Part shown: piece by piece, positions 53,344 through 58,995 of the stretch
Layout of the letters: every line of letters starts with the position of its first letter
Numbering within the stretch: the first letter of the stretch is position 1
IMG/VR virus record: IMGVR_UViG_3300049222_000252
Location: 1-58,995 of that record
Length of the DNA: 58,995 bases
Origin: a virus
Lineage: Duplodnaviria > Caudoviricetes
Reading direction: 5' to 3' (one strand)
Position numbers and translations under genes: made by a program
Notes under the pieces: model-generated
The model's database searches: none
Told to the model about the DNA's origin: nothing
The model's input: only the letters and a program-made list of their open reading frames with translations

Positions 53344-54108
53344 ATGACAAAAACAAAACAAGCTCCAGTTAATACCTGGGAAATAAAAGATAGGGTATAT
53401 GTTCTTAGAAACAATAAATCACCATTAACATTTACAATACCCTCAAAACACACGCGTAAACATTCACTATTATATTTTGATATAGAGCAAAATAAACAAC
53501 GTGAATTAAGATATGCAACTAACCAACCCACGCCGTTTGTAGATGAGCAGAAAGGTGAAGCTACAATGGGTCATATTATTTTTAAAGATGGTACATTAGT
53601 TGTAGACAAATCAAATCAAGCACTTCAAAAACTTTTATCTTTATATCACCCTTTAAAAAATAAAGTGTATAATGAATTTGATAAAGTAGAAATAGCAGAA
53701 GACGAGCTTGATACATTAAACTTACAAATAGATGCTTTAAATGCAGCTAAGCAAATGGATGTAGATCACGCTGAAGCTGTATTAAGAACTGAGCTTGGCT
53801 CTAAAGTATCTAACATGAGTTCTAAAGAATTAAAAAGAGATTTGATGCTATTTGCTAAATCAAATCCAAAGTTATTTTTAGATCTTGCAAACGATGAAAA
53901 TGTTCAACTTAGAAACTTTGCTGTAAGAGCAGCTGAGTTAAACATCGTTAAATTATCAGATGATCAACGTTACTTTAAATGGGGAAGTAATGGTAGAAAG
54001 TTAATGGAAGTTCCTTTCGATGAAAACCCATATTCAGCCTTTGCTGCTTTCTTAAAAACAGATGAAGGTGTAGAAGTTTTCAAGTCTATTGAGAAAAAAC
54101 TTCAATAA
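53344..54108 (+). CDS. Conserved virion protein downstream of the MCP
   Basis: 254-aa ORF, RELRYATNQ... Confidence 0.7.
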   Translation: MTKTKQAPVNTWEIKDRVYVLRNNKSPLTFTIPSKHTRKHSLLYFDIEQNKQRELRYATNQPTPFVDEQKGEATMGHIIFKDGTLVVDKSNQALQKLLSLYHPLKNKVYNEFDKVEIAEDELDTLNLQIDALNAAKQMDVDHAEAVLRTELGSKVSNMSSKELKRDLMLFAKSNPKLFLDLANDENVQLRNFAVRAAELNIVKLSDDQRYFKWGSNGRKLMEVPFDENPYSAFAAFLKTDEGVEVFKSIEKKLQ

Positions 54109-54124
54109 TATGTAACAATAATAT

Positions 54125-54151
54125 AAGGCGGTTTAGGCCGCCTTTTTATTT
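54125..54151 (+). terminator. Intrinsic terminator-like hairpin
   Basis: AAGGCGGT-TTAG-GCCGCCTT-TTTATTT. Confidence 0.75.
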
Positions 54152-54165
54152 AAACAAAAATATAA

Positions 54166-54927
54166 ATGGCAATAAACGTAAATCAAGTATATCAAACCGT
54201 TTTGCTAATACTCAATAAAGAACAAAGAGGTTATATAACACCTGATGAGTTTAACAAAACAGCCACACAAGTTCAATTAGATATATTTGAACAATACTTT
54301 GATGACTTAAATCAACAGCTACGTGTGCCGCAAGCGGATATTGATTATGCTGATAGGCAAATGAATATCGATGAAAAAATAGCTACATTTAAAGCTATTG
54401 GTGATTGTAGTTATACAAGTAGTTATTTCAGTCTTCCTACTACAGACGATATAACTCAAAACACTGTTGTTTATAACGACAATCCGGGGACAAATCAATT
54501 TTCTTTTTATAGGTTAGGCGCTGTTACTTATGAGCCTAACAATACAGATCCAGTTGAACTTCAAAGACTTCAAAGGTTTAACTTTTACAATATTGAAAAA
54601 TCAAAACTAACAAAAGCTACAACTAATTTTCCTACATATTTATATGAAGCAGGTAGATTATACGTAAGACCTACTAGTATACAGTCTGATGTTAAGGCTT
54701 CTTTTATTAGAAAACCTTTAAATGTAAACTGGACTTTTACTCAAGGAAATTTAGGTCAATATGTATATGATGAAGTTAATTCTCAAAACTTTGAATTGTT
54801 ACCTTCTGAACAAATTGAAGTTGTACTTAGAATACTTCAATACTCTGGTATAATTATAAGAGATCCACAAATAGTTCAAGCCGCTGCTAGTGAAATACAA
54901 CAAAACGAAATTAATCAAAAAAGTTAA
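54166..54927 (+). CDS. Tail ring/adaptor protein 1
   Basis: LNKEQRGYITPDEFN...Q, FIRKP, FEL; crAss-like ring position. Confidence 0.7.
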   Translation: MAINVNQVYQTVLLILNKEQRGYITPDEFNKTATQVQLDIFEQYFDDLNQQLRVPQADIDYADRQMNIDEKIATFKAIGDCSYTSSYFSLPTTDDITQNTVVYNDNPGTNQFSFYRLGAVTYEPNNTDPVELQRLQRFNFYNIEKSKLTKATTNFPTYLYEAGRLYVRPTSIQSDVKASFIRKPLNVNWTFTQGNLGQYVYDEVNSQNFELLPSEQIEVVLRILQYSGIIIRDPQIVQAAASEIQQNEINQKS

Positions 54928-54930
54928 TAG

Positions 54931-56133
54931 ATGGCGCTACTTACAGAAAACAACAGGCAGTATTACGAAGGCGCGCAAGGCTTTCGAGGTAACGGCACGA
55001 ATACTTCGTTTACAACTACTTTTAACACCGCTTTAATATACGATGCTAATAACACTAGTTTAAATAACTTTAAGCTATATGAAAGCAACACAGGAACGCC
55101 TGGTACTTGGTCAGAAGTTACTAGCGGATTTACTGTGAGCAATAGCGTTATTACATATTCTGTAGCACCAGCTGATGGTAAGTATATAGTTGTACAGCTT
55201 AATAAATTAGATGGTGGTAATTATGGGTCTGAAAATGAAAAAGCATATGGCACAACTGTAGAAAAAAATTATGGCAACTATGCTTATATAAGTCTTAACG
55301 ATGTAATTAATAACTTTATTGTAGCTTACGTAGGTGATGGTAAACTTATACCTAGCGCAAAACGTACAGATGTAATATTTCACGCTAAACGCGGGCTTCA
55401 AGAATTTAGTTATGACACGCTTAAAAGCATTAAGTCTCAAGAACTTACCGTACCTACAAGTTTAAGTATACCGCTTCCACAAGATTATGTAAATTATACA
55501 AGTGTTTATAGAATAGATGAATCTGGCGCTATGCACATTATAATGCCAGCTAACAATATAACTACGTCTCCATATACTTTACCTGTGCAGGATGCTAAAG
55601 GCGTACCTACACAAGACTCTAACAACAACGACATACAAGCTTCAAACTCTATAACAGAAGATCGTTGGAAAAATAATGATTTAAAAAATAGATTATCTAG
55701 TGATCTTATAGACGATACGATACTAGCGTCGTTTTATTATAATTATGATTTTCCTAACTTAGGCTATGGTGAGCTGTACGGTCTTGAACCTCAATATGCT
55801 AATGTTAATGGCTATTGGTTTATAAACGAGCGTGAAAATAAAATGTCTTTTTCAAATGATCTTGTAGATAAAGTTATTGTATTTGAGTATATATCTGATG
55901 GTCTTGCTATTGATCTAGACACGCGTGTTCCTAAAATGGCTGAAGAAGCTTTGTACGCGCATATATCGCATGCTATTATTGCATCGAGAATAAATCAACC
56001 AGAGTATATTGTAAATCGTTTAAAACGTGAGCGCAGTGCTAAGCTTAGAAATGCTAAGATAAGATTATCTAATATAAAACTAAACGAATTTGTTCAGGTT
56101 ACTAGAGGTAAATCTAAATGGATAAAACACTAA
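54931..56133 (+). CDS. Tail ring/tubular protein 2
   Basis: AKRGLQEF, LPQDYVNY, FEYISDG, VPKMAEEALY. Confidence 0.7.
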   Translation: MALLTENNRQYYEGAQGFRGNGTNTSFTTTFNTALIYDANNTSLNNFKLYESNTGTPGTWSEVTSGFTVSNSVITYSVAPADGKYIVVQLNKLDGGNYGSENEKAYGTTVEKNYGNYAYISLNDVINNFIVAYVGDGKLIPSAKRTDVIFHAKRGLQEFSYDTLKSIKSQELTVPTSLSIPLPQDYVNYTSVYRIDESGAMHIIMPANNITTSPYTLPVQDAKGVPTQDSNNNDIQASNSITEDRWKNNDLKNRLSSDLIDDTILASFYYNYDFPNLGYGELYGLEPQYANVNGYWFINERENKMSFSNDLVDKVIVFEYISDGLAIDLDTRVPKMAEEALYAHISHAIIASRINQPEYIVNRLKRERSAKLRNAKIRLSNIKLNEFVQVTRGKSKWIKH

Positions 56134-56139
56134 AATTAA

Positions 56140-58995
56140 ATGGCTGAAGTAAAAAATGCGTTCATCAAATCTAAGATGAACAAAGACCTTGATGCTAGAC
56201 TTATACCACAGGGTGAATATCGAGATGCTGTAAATATACAAGTTAGCAAATCAGAAGGTGATGACGTAGGTGCTTTGGAAAACATTTTAGGTAACTCAGA
56301 AGTTGTAAACGGTGATTTTGCTGATGACTCCGGAGTTACAGATCTTGAATGTATAGGTTATTTTGCTGACGAATCTAATAATACAGTTTATTTGTTTTTT
56401 ACAAACTATACAGACCTATACAACGGTAACACTCAATCCTATAGTGCTTCTGCTGATAATTTTATATACTCATATAATACTTTAAGTAATGAAAGAGTTA
56501 AATTAGTAGAAGGTGCTTTTCTTAATTTTTCAACTAACCGCCCTATAATAGGCGTTAATATATTAGAAGAATTTTTATTTTTTACTGATAATAGAAATCA
56601 ACCTAGAAAAATAAATGTTAATTTAGCCAACCCTAATAATTTAATTACACCTACATATTACACAACAGAAGATAATATATCTGTTGCAAAGTATTATCCT
56701 TATCAAGCTGTAAATGTTTTTAAAACAAGTGGTTATAATACTAATACTTCAGGTGCTGAAGTTGCTACAGCAGATGTTAACGGAGCTGTTACTAATTCTA
56801 AAACAATTGTAGTTGATAATGTTGTTGGAACAATAGATGAAGGTTTAGGTATATTGTTAGCTACAGGTGATAAAGATATATTTGCTTATGTTACAAATGT
56901 AAATGGAAATACTATAACATTAAATAGGGAAGTAACACTTGCAGATGATACAGCTTTAAAATTTAATGGATTAGAAACATCTATGTACGATGCTTTTAGC
57001 GTTAATTTACCTGATGGTTCTACATCTAATCCTTACGCATATCCGCAAGACACTTTTCCAGGTGATCCACAATTTTTAGAAGATAAATTCGTAAGATTTA
57101 GTTATAGATTTAAATTTACAGATGGTGAATATTCTCTTATAGCTCCATTTACACAACCTTGTTTTATACCTAAGCAAGATGGTTATTTTTTAGAAGGTGA
57201 TGAAAAACAAACTTTTTTTTCTACTGTGGTTGAATTTATGGAAAACAAAGTAAACAAAATTGATTTACAAATTCCACTACCATCAAAAATAAGCGAATTA
57301 GAAACTAATTTTCATATATCAGAAATAGATATTATATACAAAGAATCTGATGCTTTAGCTATGCAAGTTGTAGAAACTATACCATATAGTTCTATTGAAA
57401 AACAATTAACACAAGGCGATATAGATGATTATCCTTTTTATGAATATATTTATTTATCTCAAAAACCATATAAAACATTACCTTCAGATGAAATCACAAG
57501 GGTGTATGATAAAGTTCCAGTTAAAGCTTTAGGACAAGAAATTATATCTAACCGTGTTGTTTATGCAAATTTTCAAAATAAACATACAGCACCATTGCTT
57601 TTAGATTATCAAGTTTCTGCTAGTGAAAAATATGAAACAAACAACACTCAGGCTTTTCCAGCTTTATCGAGAGTTGAATATCCAAACCATTCTTTAAAAG
57701 AAAATAGAAACTACCAGGTAGGTATTGTGCTCGCTGATAGATATGGCAGACAATCTACTACTATATTATCAAACAACATAGATGATAGAGTAGGCGGATT
57801 TGGCGCAGATACAGTTTATTTACCATATAGAACAATTGATGATTCTATAGATTTTGCTGGTGATTCTTTAAAAGTATTATTCAATCAAGTAATTAGTAGT
57901 ACTAAAAATGAAAATACTTTTACGCCTGGGTTGTATAATAATAACATTTCTTCTGGCAAAGCAAAAGCCTTAAGTATAACCGCTCTTGGCAATAGCTATC
58001 AAAATGACACTTATTCCACGACTAATGTAATTGGTAGTGGTTCTGGTCTTACAGTTGCAATAACTCAAACAGGAGGTTTTATAAATAGTGCAACTATTGT
58101 AGCTCCTGGTGATGGCTACAAAATAGGAGATTTAGTAAATGTTGTAGCTAGTGGAGGACAAACAGGCCTTCAAGGAACCTTAACAATAACTGATATTACT
58201 ATACCATATAATCCAACTGGTTGGTATAGCTACAAAATAGTAGTAAAGCAAGTAGAGCAAGATTATTATAACGTATACACGGGAGGTGCTATAAAAGGAA
58301 GTCCATACTATAGCACTACTACAAATCCTACTGTTCCTCTTTCAGATCCAAACGCTACGTTTATAACATTGTTAAATGACAATATAAATAAAGTACCTAG
58401 AGATTTAACAGAAGTTGGAGCTCAAGACAAGCAATTTAGAAGTTCAGTTCAGCTTTTTGGTAGAGTTGTAAATACAGATAGAGCTTTTAGTAATATAGGT
58501 AACGAACAATATTTTCCAGGAAGAAAATCTTTTACTGTAAATCAAATTGAAGATTTGTTTGACGCTTTCGACGTGTTACAACTTAAAAACAACAGTGGAG
58601 ATATAATACCAATTACTAGTCCTAAAAGTCCTTATTACGCTTTTTTTAGATCTGAATCAAATCCTTTTATAGCAGAATTTGTTACTTCACAAACAACAGC
58701 AGATCAATTTGGTATTGTTAATTTAGAGTATCAAAACAATGGTAATACAGATTATTTAAAATTTGAAAACTTAAATGTTTTAGAAACTAAACCTACAGTT
58801 TCAAGATTAGATATATATTATGAAACATCTACAGCTGGTCTTGTATCAGATTTAAATTTAGCTGTTGGAGAAGAAACAGGCGGCGCTACTGGTGTATTTA
58901 ATTTTACTTATAACCATTCTGAAGCAGACGCGCCTGAAACAGTTATAGTAAATGAGTTTAGTTTTACAGATATACTAGATAACATAATAACACCT
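56140..58995 (+). CDS. Large tail stabilisation/muzzle-like protein, N-terminal part (continues across the junction to 1854; ~1497 aa total)
   Basis: ATG at 56140, MAEVKNAFIKSKMNKDLDARLIPQGEYRDAVNIQVSKSEGDDVGALENILGN, resembles crAss-like muzzle/stabilisation N-termini. The frame is open to the window end and in frame with position 1. Missing from the ORF track. Confidence 0.8.
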   Translation, partial: MAEVKNAFIKSKMNKDLDARLIPQGEYRDAVNIQVSKSEGDDVGALENILGNSEVVNGDFADDSGVTDLECIGYFADESNNTVYLFFTNYTDLYNGNTQSYSASADNFIYSYNTLSNERVKLVEGAFLNFSTNRPIIGVNILEEFLFFTDNRNQPRKINVNLANPNNLITPTYYTTEDNISVAKYYPYQAVNVFKTSGYNTNTSGAEVATADVNGAVTNSKTIVVDNVVGTIDEGLGILLATGDKDIFAYVTNVNGNTITLNREVTLADDTALKFNGLETSMYDAFSVNLPDGSTSNPYAYPQDTFPGDPQFLEDKFVRFSYRFKFTDGEYSLIAPFTQPCFIPKQDGYFLEGDEKQTFFSTVVEFMENKVNKIDLQIPLPSKISELETNFHISEIDIIYKESDALAMQVVETIPYSSIEKQLTQGDIDDYPFYEYIYLSQKPYKTLPSDEITRVYDKVPVKALGQEIISNRVVYANFQNKHTAPLLLDYQVSASEKYETNNTQAFPALSRVEYPNHSLKENRNYQVGIVLADRYGRQSTTILSNNIDDRVGGFGADTVYLPYRTIDDSIDFAGDSLKVLFNQVISSTKNENTFTPGLYNNNISSGKAKALSITALGNSYQNDTYSTTNVIGSGSGLTVAITQTGGFINSATIVAPGDGYKIGDLVNVVASGGQTGLQGTLTITDITIPYNPTGWYSYKIVVKQVEQDYYNVYTGGAIKGSPYYSTTTNPTVPLSDPNATFITLLNDNINKVPRDLTEVGAQDKQFRSSVQLFGRVVNTDRAFSNIGNEQYFPGRKSFTVNQIEDLFDAFDVLQLKNNSGDIIPITSPKSPYYAFFRSESNPFIAEFVTSQTTADQFGIVNLEYQNNGNTDYLKFENLNVLETKPTVSRLDIYYETSTAGLVSDLNLAVGEETGGATGVFNFTYNHSEADAPETVIVNEFSFTDILDNIITP
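58780..58995. repeat. Terminal direct repeat, right copy
   Basis: Identical to 1-216 apart from one base; implies a 58,779-bp circular map. Confidence 0.97.

Noticed and set aside
536-55440. Many short antisense or alternate-frame ORFs in the track (e.g. 8821-9273, 11281-11805, 14835-15314, 36273-36740)
   Set aside because: They are shadows of long, motif-supported genes, with atypical composition.
1-58995. Stop-codon reassignment hiding a polymerase
   Set aside because: Coding density is high under the standard code, conserved genes are intact, and TAA, TAG and TGA all end genes at plausible positions.

Overview
The window is essentially one complete, circularly permuted ~58.8 kb dsDNA phage genome. 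Positions 1-216 repeat at 58780-58995, giving a unit length of 58,779 bp. It is probably a podovirus-like phage of aquatic Bacteroidota (Flavobacteria): AT-rich, with A-rich leaders lacking Shine-Dalgarno sites and crAss-like ring/muzzle tail proteins. There are two arms. The + strand late arm (33.6 kb through the junction to 14.3 kb) carries fibres, GroEL/GroES, lysis genes, small basic proteins, terminase, portal, capsid, tail and ejected cargo proteins. The - strand early/replication arm (33.3 to 14.4 kb) carries small ORFs, ligase, an HTH protein, a sigma factor, ERF, exonuclease, SSB, primase-helicase, a dCMP hydroxymethylase-type enzyme, MazG-like enzymes and class I RNR. I see no DNA polymerase, RNA polymerase, integrase, reverse transcriptase or CRISPR array. 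The most striking observations are: (1) an ECF-sigma-like module embedded in the 2201-aa predicted ejected protein next to a zincin motif, matched by five fixed-spacing early promoters and a second, free sigma gene, suggesting a virion-injected sigma cascade; (2) three D-stem-less tRNA-like/tmRNA-TLD-like RNAs, one with G3.U70/A73 and one a 41-nt minihelix, two of them directly downstream of other structured RNAs; (3) a cytosine-modification cassette in a phage with no polymerase; (4) twin TGTGACA...TGTCACA palindromes linking an HTH gene to the putative origin. All assignments come from reading motifs by eye; no searches were run.
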